A stretch of 64,000 nucleotides of DNA from an uncultured Pelagibacteraceae bacterium (GTDB lineage Bacteria; Pseudomonadota; Alphaproteobacteria; Pelagibacterales; AG-422-B15). Positions 1-9,491 of the stretch are shown here, one piece after another (the first letter of the stretch is position 1; the number at the start of each line of letters is the position of its first letter). Both the position numbers and the translations under genes were made by a program. Location: NCBI GenBank assembly GCA_902619105.1, contig CACNCV010000001.1:82706-146705 (forward strand). The letters run 5' to 3'. A model generated the notes under the pieces. The model was not told the origin of the DNA. It ran no database searches and was given only the letters and a program-made list of their open reading frames with translations.

Positions 1-574
1 TTCCTTCTGCTGAAGAGTGCAAAATATTTTCATCAATACTGAATGGTTGTTCCCCTCTTTTATCTTTTGCTATTTCAATCCCGTGCTTATCAGCGTATTC
101 AACAAGTGACGTTCTTGATGATAAATCCCATTCTCTCCAAGGACTGATTATTTTTATATCAGGCTTATGATAATAGTATCCAAGCTCAAATCTTATTTGA
201 TCGTTTCCTTTTCCTGTTGCACCATGGGATACCGCATCGGCTTTAATCTGATTTGCAATTTCTATTTGTTTTTTTGCAATTAGAGGTCTTGCGATAGAAG
301 TACCGAGTAAGTAGTAGCCCTCATAAAGTGGATTAGCTCTAAACATTGGGAAGACATAATCACTTACAAATTCTTCTTTAAGGTCTTCGATAAATATTTC
401 TTTTGTTCCTTGCTTTTCAGCCTTTGCTTTTACTAAATCATAGTCTTCATCTTGACCTAGATTTGCAGTGAATGTTGCTACTTCACATTGATACGTTTCT
501 TTCAGCCACCTTAAAATGACTGATGTGTCTAAACCGCCTGAGTATGCAAGAACAACCTTATTTATTTTATTCAT
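1..574 (-). CDS. argG: Argininosuccinate synthase, N-terminal part (runs off the left edge)
   Basis: Reverse strand from CAT at 572-574 reads [41 protein letters not shown], then later [12 protein letters not shown] and [14 protein letters not shown], all ArgG signatures. Not in the ORF track. Overlaps the rlmN stop by 8 nt. Confidence 0.95.
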   Translation of the reverse strand, partial: MNKINKVVLAYSGGLDTSVILRWLKETYQCEVATFTANLGQDEDYDLVKAKAEKQGTKEIFIEDLKEEFVSDYVFPMFRANPLYEGYYLLGTSIARPLIAKKQIEIANQIKADAVSHGATGKGNDQIRFELGYYYHKPDIKIISPWREWDLSSRTSLVEYADKHGIEIAKDKRGEQPFSIDENILHSSAEG

Positions 575-1664
575 TCGCCCTGAGTTCACTTTTTCTAATT
601 TTTATACTAGAGGATTTTAATTGACCACACGCAGCCATAATATCTTGTCCCCTTGTTTTTCTAACTGGGCTTGCATAACCTGCATTTTTAATTATGTCAC
701 TAAATTTCTTGATTTCTTCTTTACTAGAACATTCATAAGGTGAATTAGGCAAAGGATTGAAAGGGATAAGATTTATTTTTGCTGGAATTCCAGAAATCAG
801 CTTAACAAGTTTACGGGCATCTTGCGCTGTATCATTTACTCCCTTCAACATGACATACTCAAATGTTATGCGTTTAGAATTTTTTGATCGAGGATATTCT
901 CTACACGCCTTTATAAGATCCTTAAGAGGAAATTTCTTATTTATTGGAACAATATCATTTCTTAATTCATCATTTGTTGCGTGTAAAGAAATTGCCAATC
1001 TTGAGTCAACTTCATGACCCCATTTAATAATTTCAGGAACGATGCCTGAAGTACTTAGGGTAATTCTCTTAGTAGATAATTGAATGCCTTCTTTATCTCC
1101 CATAATTTCAGCAGCATTTTTAACATTCTCATAATTATAGAGAGGCTCTCCCATTCCCATAAATACAATATTTGAAATTTTACGATTTTTTCCATTCGGC
1201 CAATCTGAAAGATTGTCCTTTGCTAAAAGAAGCTGTGAAATAATTTCACCTGAAGTTAAATTTCGAACTAGTTTTTGAGTTCCAGTGAAACAAAACTTAC
1301 AATTAAGTGTGCAGCCTACTTGAGATGAAACACATAATGTTCCTCGATTTTCTTCGGGAATAAAAACCGTTTCAATAAGATTATTATCATTTAATTCCAA
1401 AAGCCATTTCTGTGTTCCGTCTTTTGATATTTGATGTGATTTTATTTTTGGCCTTTGAATAATAAAATGATCTTTTAGTTTTTTCCTAAGGCCTTTCGAA
1501 ACTGTTGTCATTTTGTCAAAATCAGTTTCACCTCTAAAATAAAGCCAATGCCAAAGTTGCTTGGATCTGAATTTTTCTTTAGATTGTATTAAATCTTTAT
1601 TAATTAAAGTTTCAGATATTTCTTTAAGACTTAATCCTATTAAGTCGAGTTTATCTTCTGTCAT
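567..1664 (-). CDS. rlmN: Dual-specificity 23S rRNA/tRNA methyltransferase RlmN (radical SAM)
   Basis: [15 protein letters not shown] (CxxxCxxC), MGMGEP and C-terminal DIMAACGQL motifs. Confidence 0.97.
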   Translation of the reverse strand: MTEDKLDLIGLSLKEISETLINKDLIQSKEKFRSKQLWHWLYFRGETDFDKMTTVSKGLRKKLKDHFIIQRPKIKSHQISKDGTQKWLLELNDNNLIETVFIPEENRGTLCVSSQVGCTLNCKFCFTGTQKLVRNLTSGEIISQLLLAKDNLSDWPNGKNRKISNIVFMGMGEPLYNYENVKNAAEIMGDKEGIQLSTKRITLSTSGIVPEIIKWGHEVDSRLAISLHATNDELRNDIVPINKKFPLKDLIKACREYPRSKNSKRITFEYVMLKGVNDTAQDARKLVKLISGIPAKINLIPFNPLPNSPYECSSKEEIKKFSDIIKNAGYASPVRKTRGQDIMAACGQLKSSSIKIRKSELRANE

Positions 1665-1670
1665 TGTATT

Positions 1671-2189
1671 TTAAGAGCAGGCTTTATCGATTGCCGCCAG
1701 TGCTTTTGTAAATCCGATTAAAGAATATGTATCTGTAATTTTTGTTCCACGGCTTGAAGTGCTTTTAACTTTCACGCGCGCTCCATTTTTCATATCTTTA
1801 ATGAGTTGTTTGCCGTTCTCTCCATCTGCTAACCAAGCTCTTGATTCAACTGTAAAAAATTTATACTTACTGCTACCAATGCTCACCTCAACCATACTTT
1901 TGGGTTTAAATGTGAAGCCAGTATCCACACTCGGCTCATGAAAAGTCTTATCATCTTTGAAATTCGTAATCATCAGAGCATGCTCGCCTCGATTAAGATC
2001 GGACGGGTTCGTCGCTATTGGCTCTGAAATGATATAACAAATTTTTGCCGTGCCATCTTTAAACTCTTTAGCTTGCCATGCGCCACTTTTGCCAAATGAG
2101 CCCAGATGTACGACATCAATTACTGCAAAAGCACTTATTGAACTCAACAATAAAATTGATAAAATAAGTTTGAAATTTACTAATTTCAT
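1671..2189 (-). CDS. Invasion-associated locus B (IalB) family secreted protein
   Basis: Signal peptide, W...C near the N-terminus, and C-terminal DTYSLIGFTKAL...C. Sits in the ialB-rlmN-argG order typical of alphaproteobacteria. Confidence 0.8.
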   Translation of the reverse strand: MKLVNFKLILSILLLSSISAFAVIDVVHLGSFGKSGAWQAKEFKDGTAKICYIISEPIATNPSDLNRGEHALMITNFKDDKTFHEPSVDTGFTFKPKSMVEVSIGSSKYKFFTVESRAWLADGENGKQLIKDMKNGARVKVKSTSSRGTKITDTYSLIGFTKALAAIDKACS

Positions 2190-2219
2190 AATCGCTAATT
2201 TATATCGAGATTCACAATT

Positions 2220-3236
2220 ATGAAAGCAATTGTTTGTAAAGAATTTGGCCCTCCAAGCTCGCTTGTTTATGAGGATGTTGAATTACCTGAACTTAAAAAA
2301 AGTCAAATTCAGATAGATGTGCATTCTGCTGGAGTCAATTTTCCAGACACTTTAATTATTCAAGATAAATATCAAGTTAAACCCCCTCTTCCTTTTTCAC
2401 CAGGCGGTGAAATCTCAGGAGTCATTAGTGCGACAGGTGAAAGCGTTTCTGATTGGAAGGTTGGTGATGAGGTCGTTGCTATGATAGGCTTTGGTGGTTT
2501 TAGGGAACAAGTAATAACGAGTCCATCCAATATATTTCGAAAACCAAGTAGTATGGATTTTACCACCGCCTCTTGTTTTACATTAACTTACGGCACATCA
2601 CACTACGCTCTTAAAAATCGCGGTCAACTTAAGGAGGGTGAAAATTTACTTGTCCTAGGGGCTGCAGGTGGTGTTGGTATATCAGCTGTTGAAATTGGAA
2701 AAGCAATGGGTGCCAGAGTTATTGCCGGTGCATCTTCTGATGAAAAACTAGAAGTATGCAAAGAGTATGGAGCTGACGAAGTTATTAATTATGGAAAGTA
2801 TGATTTAACCAATAGAGATCATGTGAAAGAATTTAGAGCAGAAATTTCAAAAGCAACAGGTGGTAAAGGACCAGATGTAATCTATGACCCAGTTGGAGCA
2901 GATTTCACTGAGCCCGCTTTACGAAGCATTGCATGGAATGGACGCTTCTTAGTTATAGGTTGGGCGGCTGGTTATATTCCAAAAATACCAATGAATTTGT
3001 ATTTAATTAAAGGTTGTTCCGCTGTTGGTGTATTTTGGGGTCAATTTACAGCTTTAGAACCACAGGAGCATCTTGCCAACATGAACCAACTTACTGGTTG
3101 GTATGAAGAGGGAAAATTAAAAGCCCCAGTAACTGAAGTATTGCCGCTTGAAAAGGGTCAACAGGCTTTGGAGACAATTCTAGCCCGTAAGGCTACTGGA
3201 AAAATAGCACTAACAACATCTTTTTATAAATCATAG
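2220..3236 (+). CDS. NADPH:quinone oxidoreductase family (zeta-crystallin-like MDR)
   Basis: GVNFPD, PFSPGGE and LVLGAAGGVG nucleotide-binding motifs; no zinc-ligand Cys cluster. Confidence 0.9.
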   Translation: MKAIVCKEFGPPSSLVYEDVELPELKKSQIQIDVHSAGVNFPDTLIIQDKYQVKPPLPFSPGGEISGVISATGESVSDWKVGDEVVAMIGFGGFREQVITSPSNIFRKPSSMDFTTASCFTLTYGTSHYALKNRGQLKEGENLLVLGAAGGVGISAVEIGKAMGARVIAGASSDEKLEVCKEYGADEVINYGKYDLTNRDHVKEFRAEISKATGGKGPDVIYDPVGADFTEPALRSIAWNGRFLVIGWAAGYIPKIPMNLYLIKGCSAVGVFWGQFTALEPQEHLANMNQLTGWYEEGKLKAPVTEVLPLEKGQQALETILARKATGKIALTTSFYKS

Positions 3237-3266
3237 GTATCTAACGTAGACACGCTGGTTTACTAA

Positions 3267-6200
3267 ATGACACATCAAAATAATTATAAAATAAGCAAAA
3301 TTATATTTTTCTCATTTTTATTTATTTTTTTATTTCTTATTTCTAGTGCAAATGCAGCTGACAGGTTTTGGGTTGCTAGTGGGAGTGGAGATAAGATTTG
3401 GTGGGATAATAATAACTGGTCCAATCAATCGGGGGGTACCCCAGGGGCAAACCCACCGTCAAATTCCGATAAAGCCTATTTTGATGCCAATAGCACACTG
3501 GATGTTAACGTAACCACTAATGTCACAGTTAACAAATTAATTATGCGAGGTGGATACACTGGTACAATGAATATCAATATACCGAGTGGACAATTCACAG
3601 CTAAACAAGGGGTTACTCACAGTGGGGGGCATATAATAGTTTCAGATGGACTATTTAAACTTGGAAAAAAACAATATACCTTAGGTGCTGGCGGCAATAA
3701 TCCTACACTCACTTTTACAGGTAGTACTAGTACATTCAGATTAGATCACAATTTTGTAATGTATAACGGATCTACATTTACTGCTCCTGGAGCTGGTGCC
3801 TCTCGTTTTATTTTAAAAGGTGGCTTTCGACTTATGGGGGGAACATTTAATCATAATAACGGCACACTAAGGATGAACCCTAGATACGATGGTCCGGGTG
3901 AAAGTGCTTTAGGTGCAGGAATTACAATCTCTGGTGGTCCTGGTCCTAATAAAAATTTTTATAATTTAACTAAAGGCAATAATAAAAACGTAACTCTTTA
4001 CACCGATATTGAAGTAGAAAATAAATTACAGGTTGTTGGAACAGGAAGGCTCAGGGCTAATGGCCACGATATAACCGTTGGTGGTGATTGGGATATGCAA
4101 AATAGCACAAATTTTGTACCAAGTACTGGACAAGTTATTTTTAATGGATCCTCAGCGCAAACTATTGATATGCCAGATAATTTTAGCAATTTAACTATAG
4201 CCAATACTGCTGGGGTTGTATCGCTAACAGGAAACAGTCAATTAAGAGTTAGTGGAACACTTACCATAAACAATGAAGCTAATTTTGATATTAACGGTAA
4301 AAATTTAAGAAAAAATGCATCAACTACTAACCCAGTTACGCTTGTCAATAACGGTAACTTGCAACTTCAAGGAAATGAAACCGTTTATATTACACCAGAC
4401 ACTGATAGTGGAACTGTAACCTATGATGGTTCCGGGGCTACTGGCTTAGCAGCGGGTAACAGTTATTTTAATTTAGTTTTTAATCAATCAGGTACATCGA
4501 CACTTGATGCTAATTTAGATGTTAATGGCGACCTCACCATAACAAGTGGAACATTAGATGCGAGCACTAGTAACCATGATATTGCTGTGGGAGGCGACTG
4601 GACAAATAATGGTAGTTTTATATCTCGCTCAGGAACAGTAACTTTTGATAATAATTCAAATGTATTTTCTGGAGGCACTGGCGCAAGTAATGATTTTAAT
4701 GATGTTGTTTTAAGTGGTTCAGCAGGCAGCCAATCAGATAATATGAAAGTTAATGGAGATTTTACTATATCTTCTTCTGGTACTTGGTCAACGAACTGTA
4801 ACACACTCACAGTTGATGGAAATCAGGATGCAGGAATTGGTACAATAGCAAACTCGCTCACTCCGGATGTTGACTCATTTATCCCAGCGAATGGAAACTC
4901 AACACATGCTGCAGGAGATAATATAACAATTAATTTTAATACAGGATTAAGAAAAGCTAGTGACGATAGCGACTTAACTAATTCTAATATCGATGCCCAT
5001 ATTACACTAAAAGATACAAACTCAAGTGGAGCAGATATTTCTTTTGATGCAACAATTGATGCTTCTGATCAAGTCGTAACTATTAATCCTGACGCTAATT
5101 TTAACAGCTCTCAAGTTGTGTATGTTGCTGTTACTGATAACACTCTTGAAAACGCTTGCAATACAGCTTTGCCTGCCCACTCTGCAACATTTACAGTAGC
5201 TGATACTGAAGGTCCTACATTAAGTTCATCGAACCCTGCTGATGGGGCTACGACTATGGGAGTCAATTCAAATATAGTACTCACATTTAATGAATCTGTA
5301 ACTGCTATCGCAAATAAAAATATTACAATTTATTCAGGAGAAACTCTAATTGAAACTATTGAGGCAACAGACTCAAAAGTAACAGGTTCTGGATCATCAG
5401 AAATTACAATTAATCCTGCTACTACTTTAGATGAAAAAACTGATTATTATATTAAAATTGATTCAGGGTCATTTGAAGATAGTTCAGGCAATCTTTATAC
5501 CGGAATAACAAACGTTACTGACTTAAATTTTACAACTGCTGATACGACAGCCCCTGTTGTAACGATCACTCCATCAAACGGCCAAACAGGAATTGGAATG
5601 GACACCAACATTACGATCGAATTTGATGAAGCAATTAGAAAATCTGATGATAGTGAAATAACTGATACAAGCGTGGATGATCACATCATTCTCAAAGAAA
5701 CAGATTCTAGTGGAGCAAATATTTCTTTTGATGCAACAATTAATACCGCTAAAACAATCATAACGATTGATCCAACAAGTGATTTTTCAAGTTCACAAAC
5801 AATATATGCAGCCATTAAAGCCGAAGTTGAAGATTCTTCAGATAACACAATAAGTCTATCTGAAACATCATTTACAACTGCTACACCCACTAATCCTCCA
5901 ACAGTTTCTATAAGCGCTGAAGCAGGCGTTCCTGTGAATACTAATATTACAATTGAATTCGACAAATCAGTCAGGTTGCTAAGTGATGAGGAATTATTAG
6001 ATACCAATGTTGGCAGCTTAATATCTCTTAAAGATACGGATGTTAATGGTAATAATATTAGCTTTGTTGCAACAGTTAACTCCGCTAAAACAAAAATCAC
6101 CATCAATCCAGTAGGTAATTTTACAAGTGGGCAAACAATTTACGCTGCAATTGGAGCAACCGTTGAAGATTTTTTCGACAACGCTATTAGTGCTGCATCA

Positions 6201-9185
6201 GCAACATTTACGGTTGCAGACAATCTACCACCTACATATGTATTTAACCCTCCAGATACTGAAATAAATGTTGCAGTAAGTTCAAATCTGACAATTACTT
6301 TTAATGAAGCTGTAAGAAATATTAATGATACAGCTTTAACCGATAGCAATGTGGACAGTTTAATAACATTAAAAGATACCGACGCAAATGGATCGAATAT
6401 TGCATTTAACGCAACAATTGATGCAGATAAGAAAATTATAACAATAAACCCAACTAGTAATTTTTCTAGTGAGCAAGAAGTCTATTTAGCAATCGGTGCA
6501 ACAGTTGAAGATTCTTCAGATAATGCAATAACTTCGGGAAGTTCATCATTCACGGCAGTTGATTCAAATCCTCCTGATGTGGAATTCTTTCCAACCAACT
6601 CATCAACTGGTGTAGCAGTTAACTCTGATGTGACCATTTCTTTTTCTGAACCTATTAGAAACACAGACGATACACCCGTTACCGACTCAAATGTTGATGC
6701 TTTAATCACATTGAAACAAACTAATTCTTCTGGGTCGGATATATCATTCTCAGCTGTTATTGACGATGCAAAACAAATGATAACAATTACCCCATCAAGT
6801 GAGTTTTCAAGTGAGCAAGTTGTCTATGTGGCAATCGGTACAACTGTTGAGGATGAATGGGATAATGCAATAAGTGCGTCTTCGTCGACATTTACTACGG
6901 CAGATGCAACTGCACCAAGTGTAAACTTTGATCCTGAGGATACCGCAACTGGAATTCCCATTGAATCTAATGTTACACTTACATTTTCTGAAGCTATTAG
7001 AAACGTCGATGATACGGCTATTACAAATTCTAATGTTGGTGACTTAATTACTCTTGAATATGCATATGACGGTATACCTGTTGCTTTTTCAGCCACTATT
7101 GATGCGACAAAAAAAGTAATCACTATTAATCCTGATAGTGATTTTATAAGTGGTGAAGTTGTATTTGTGTCAATTGAGTCTGTAGAAGATAATTCAGGAA
7201 ATGCAATGAGTTCCACATCTGGTACCTTCAGTGTTACGGATGTCACTCCTCCAGTTGTTGCCTTCAGCCCTGCAAACTTAGCAACCAATGTATCTGTTGA
7301 TACAGACATTTTCATACTATTTGATGAAGAAATAAGGCTTATTGATAACTCCGATATAAATAATATCAATGTTGATAATCTCATAACTCTAAAAGATACT
7401 AATTCTAGCGGAGCCGACATATCTTTTGATGCAACGATTAATGCCAATAACAAACTAATAACAATCGATCTAACGAACGATTTATCTAGTGAGCAGATTG
7501 TATATGTTGGTATTGGTTCAACAGTTGAAGATTCTTATGATAATGCCATCTCAAATTCTTTTGCAATATTTACGGTAGGAGATTCTCTTCCTCCTACGGT
7601 AAGTATTGATGCTGTTATTACCGCCTCTATTGCTACCAATTCTGATATTACATTTACATTTAGTGAGCCTGTTCGAAATCTTGATGACTCTGAAATAACT
7701 AATTTAAACGTTGGAAGCTTAATTGCTCTTAAAGATACCGATGCCAATGGTACAGATCTTTCATTTACCGCTTCAATAAATTCAGCTAAGACTGTAATTA
7801 CGATTGATCCAACAAATAATTTTACAAGTGGTCAAATAATTTATGCCGCTATTGGTGCAACAGTAGAAGATTTTAATAATAACGTTATACCCGCCACTAG
7901 CAAAACTTTTACAGCAGAGTACTTAGTTGAGGATTTAACAAATCCCATGAGTGATAAGGATTTTGTTGGACTTCTGAAAGCTCAAGCTGAAACAGCAAAA
8001 AGATTTATTCAACAAACTACTTCTTCAATATTTAAACGTATAGAGTGGTTAAGAAGAAACAAAGATAAAAGTGAGTTATCCCATCAGGGTGTAAGTGTTA
8101 ATTTTAGTAACTCAGATCTGAATGGAATTTCAAACGCACTGCAATTTTCAAAACTCGTTAATCAATCTGGAGATTTATTTTCAAACAATTGGTCCGTATG
8201 GAGTGAAGGAAATATTTCCGTCGGTGAGATTGACTCTGATGGTATTTCTTCACTTAGAGACATTACAACAAACGGCATAACTCTTGGAATAGACAATAAA
8301 ATTGATGATAATCATATTTTGGGGGCTGCATTAAGAATCGGCAAAGATGATGTTAATGTTGGATCCTCAGGCCATTCTTTGGATACTAATGCATACAGCT
8401 TATCGTTTTACGCTACTGCGCCACACACTGATCAAACATATATTGATATAAATGTTGGGCTTGGATTATTAGAAATGGATCTTATTCGATCTCACGCATC
8501 TGGAACTATATTAGGTAATAGAGATGGAAAGCAATTGTATGGCTCTATAGTTTATAGTGCAGAGCTTGAGAAAAATGATATTAATTTATCGCCTTATGGC
8601 AGAATTGATGGAGGTTATACTAAGTTATCCAGCTTTAGCGAAAAAGGAACAATTGCTGCCTTAAGATATGACGAACAAACAATTAAAACAGCCATTATCT
8701 CTCTTGGAATATTAGCTGACGACGAAATAAAATTTAATGACTTAAATCTTAACACATACGGTCGACTTGAATACGGAAGAGATGTCAGCTCTTCTTCAAA
8801 TGCCAGTGTTTCTTACATAGCCTTGCCTAATACAATTTATTCTCTCAAGGTTGAAGATGAGAAATCTAGTAATATTAGAGCTGCACTTGGAACAGATATA
8901 GAAACCCCGAGCGAATGGTTTTATCAATTAGATTATGAGCTTAACTACAGACCAGGTTCTTCACAAATGAATAGCTTTAGCGTTTCGGCTTCTTACGAGC
9001 TAGATTTAGAAAGTATGATAAACCTATCTTTAAATAGTGAGCCATCGTCATATTCAACAGCAAGAATTGAGCTTGATTCAAGATTGATGAATGGATGGTT
9101 TTTAAATGGATCTTACGAATTCATAGATCGTTATGATCTAAGTAATGAAAATTCAATAAGTCTAAAAGCTGTAAGATATTTTTAA
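3267..9185 (+). CDS. Large secreted autotransporter-type surface protein: signal peptide, beta-rich N-terminal passenger, nine Ig-like (Big_5/SbsA-like) repeats, C-terminal outer-membrane beta-barrel
   Basis: Signal peptide ends ANA-A. About 113-aa repeats carry P.....I.I.F.E.(I/V)R and ITLKDT..G..ISF.ATI. An amphipathic helix (NPMSDKDFVGLLKAQ...) precedes alternating beta-strands that end in Phe. Confidence 0.88.
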   Translation: MTHQNNYKISKIIFFSFLFIFLFLISSANAADRFWVASGSGDKIWWDNNNWSNQSGGTPGANPPSNSDKAYFDANSTLDVNVTTNVTVNKLIMRGGYTGTMNINIPSGQFTAKQGVTHSGGHIIVSDGLFKLGKKQYTLGAGGNNPTLTFTGSTSTFRLDHNFVMYNGSTFTAPGAGASRFILKGGFRLMGGTFNHNNGTLRMNPRYDGPGESALGAGITISGGPGPNKNFYNLTKGNNKNVTLYTDIEVENKLQVVGTGRLRANGHDITVGGDWDMQNSTNFVPSTGQVIFNGSSAQTIDMPDNFSNLTIANTAGVVSLTGNSQLRVSGTLTINNEANFDINGKNLRKNASTTNPVTLVNNGNLQLQGNETVYITPDTDSGTVTYDGSGATGLAAGNSYFNLVFNQSGTSTLDANLDVNGDLTITSGTLDASTSNHDIAVGGDWTNNGSFISRSGTVTFDNNSNVFSGGTGASNDFNDVVLSGSAGSQSDNMKVNGDFTISSSGTWSTNCNTLTVDGNQDAGIGTIANSLTPDVDSFIPANGNSTHAAGDNITINFNTGLRKASDDSDLTNSNIDAHITLKDTNSSGADISFDATIDASDQVVTINPDANFNSSQVVYVAVTDNTLENACNTALPAHSATFTVADTEGPTLSSSNPADGATTMGVNSNIVLTFNESVTAIANKNITIYSGETLIETIEATDSKVTGSGSSEITINPATTLDEKTDYYIKIDSGSFEDSSGNLYTGITNVTDLNFTTADTTAPVVTITPSNGQTGIGMDTNITIEFDEAIRKSDDSEITDTSVDDHIILKETDSSGANISFDATINTAKTIITIDPTSDFSSSQTIYAAIKAEVEDSSDNTISLSETSFTTATPTNPPTVSISAEAGVPVNTNITIEFDKSVRLLSDEELLDTNVGSLISLKDTDVNGNNISFVATVNSAKTKITINPVGNFTSGQTIYAAIGATVEDFFDNAISAASATFTVADNLPPTYVFNPPDTEINVAVSSNLTITFNEAVRNINDTALTDSNVDSLITLKDTDANGSNIAFNATIDADKKIITINPTSNFSSEQEVYLAIGATVEDSSDNAITSGSSSFTAVDSNPPDVEFFPTNSSTGVAVNSDVTISFSEPIRNTDDTPVTDSNVDALITLKQTNSSGSDISFSAVIDDAKQMITITPSSEFSSEQVVYVAIGTTVEDEWDNAISASSSTFTTADATAPSVNFDPEDTATGIPIESNVTLTFSEAIRNVDDTAITNSNVGDLITLEYAYDGIPVAFSATIDATKKVITINPDSDFISGEVVFVSIESVEDNSGNAMSSTSGTFSVTDVTPPVVAFSPANLATNVSVDTDIFILFDEEIRLIDNSDINNINVDNLITLKDTNSSGADISFDATINANNKLITIDLTNDLSSEQIVYVGIGSTVEDSYDNAISNSFAIFTVGDSLPPTVSIDAVITASIATNSDITFTFSEPVRNLDDSEITNLNVGSLIALKDTDANGTDLSFTASINSAKTVITIDPTNNFTSGQIIYAAIGATVEDFNNNVIPATSKTFTAEYLVEDLTNPMSDKDFVGLLKAQAETAKRFIQQTTSSIFKRIEWLRRNKDKSELSHQGVSVNFSNSDLNGISNALQFSKLVNQSGDLFSNNWSVWSEGNISVGEIDSDGISSLRDITTNGITLGIDNKIDDNHILGAALRIGKDDVNVGSSGHSLDTNAYSLSFYATAPHTDQTYIDINVGLGLLEMDLIRSHASGTILGNRDGKQLYGSIVYSAELEKNDINLSPYGRIDGGYTKLSSFSEKGTIAALRYDEQTIKTAIISLGILADDEIKFNDLNLNTYGRLEYGRDVSSSSNASVSYIALPNTIYSLKVEDEKSSNIRAALGTDIETPSEWFYQLDYELNYRPGSSQMNSFSVSASYELDLESMINLSLNSEPSSYSTARIELDSRLMNGWFLNGSYEFIDRYDLSNENSISLKAVRYF
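4855..7920 (+). repeat. Nine tandem diverged Ig-like domain repeats of about 340 nt each inside the autotransporter
   Basis: Nine units counted in the translation, each ending in (F)T(V/T/A)xD-like sequence. DNA motifs such as ctaaaagatac...gatatttcttttgatgcaacaatt recur. Confidence 0.85.
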
Positions 9186-9206
9186 TTAATTATCTATGGT
9201 GTCCAC

Positions 9207-9491
9207 TTACTGTTTTTGATTCATTTCTCTGGCCATATCTAAGTCCAGATTTGTCACTCCACCAGCATCATGAGTTGATAAAGTAACTTCGACCGTACTG
9301 TAGACATTAAACCATTCTGGATGATGATCTTTTTTTTCTGCATAGATTGCCATTGATGTCATCCAACCAAAAGCTTCTTGAAAGTTACTAAACTTAAAAG
9401 TTTTTGTAATAGCACTTCGCCCTTTGACCATCTTCCAACCAGACAATCTTTTTAATTTTTTAGTAAGTTCAGCTTTAGATATTTTTTTCAT
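9207..9491 (-). CDS. phhB: Pterin-4-alpha-carbinolamine dehydratase
   Basis: DHHPEWFNVY and LSTHDAGGVT.LD motifs. Confidence 0.93.
   Translation of the reverse strand: MKKISKAELTKKLKRLSGWKMVKGRSAITKTFKFSNFQEAFGWMTSMAIYAEKKDHHPEWFNVYSTVEVTLSTHDAGGVTNLDLDMAREMNQKQ

Noticed and set aside
2220-3236. Possible AcuI acrylyl-CoA reductase (DMSP catabolism), given mmsA in the window
   Set aside because: The motifs fit the generic zeta-crystallin/Qor subfamily rather than YhdH/AcuI, and no DMSP genes are adjacent.
3318-3345. T-rich runs in the autotransporter signal peptide as a slipped-strand switch
   Set aside because: The longest run is 7 T, which is normal for Phe/Leu/Ile codons in an AT-rich genome.
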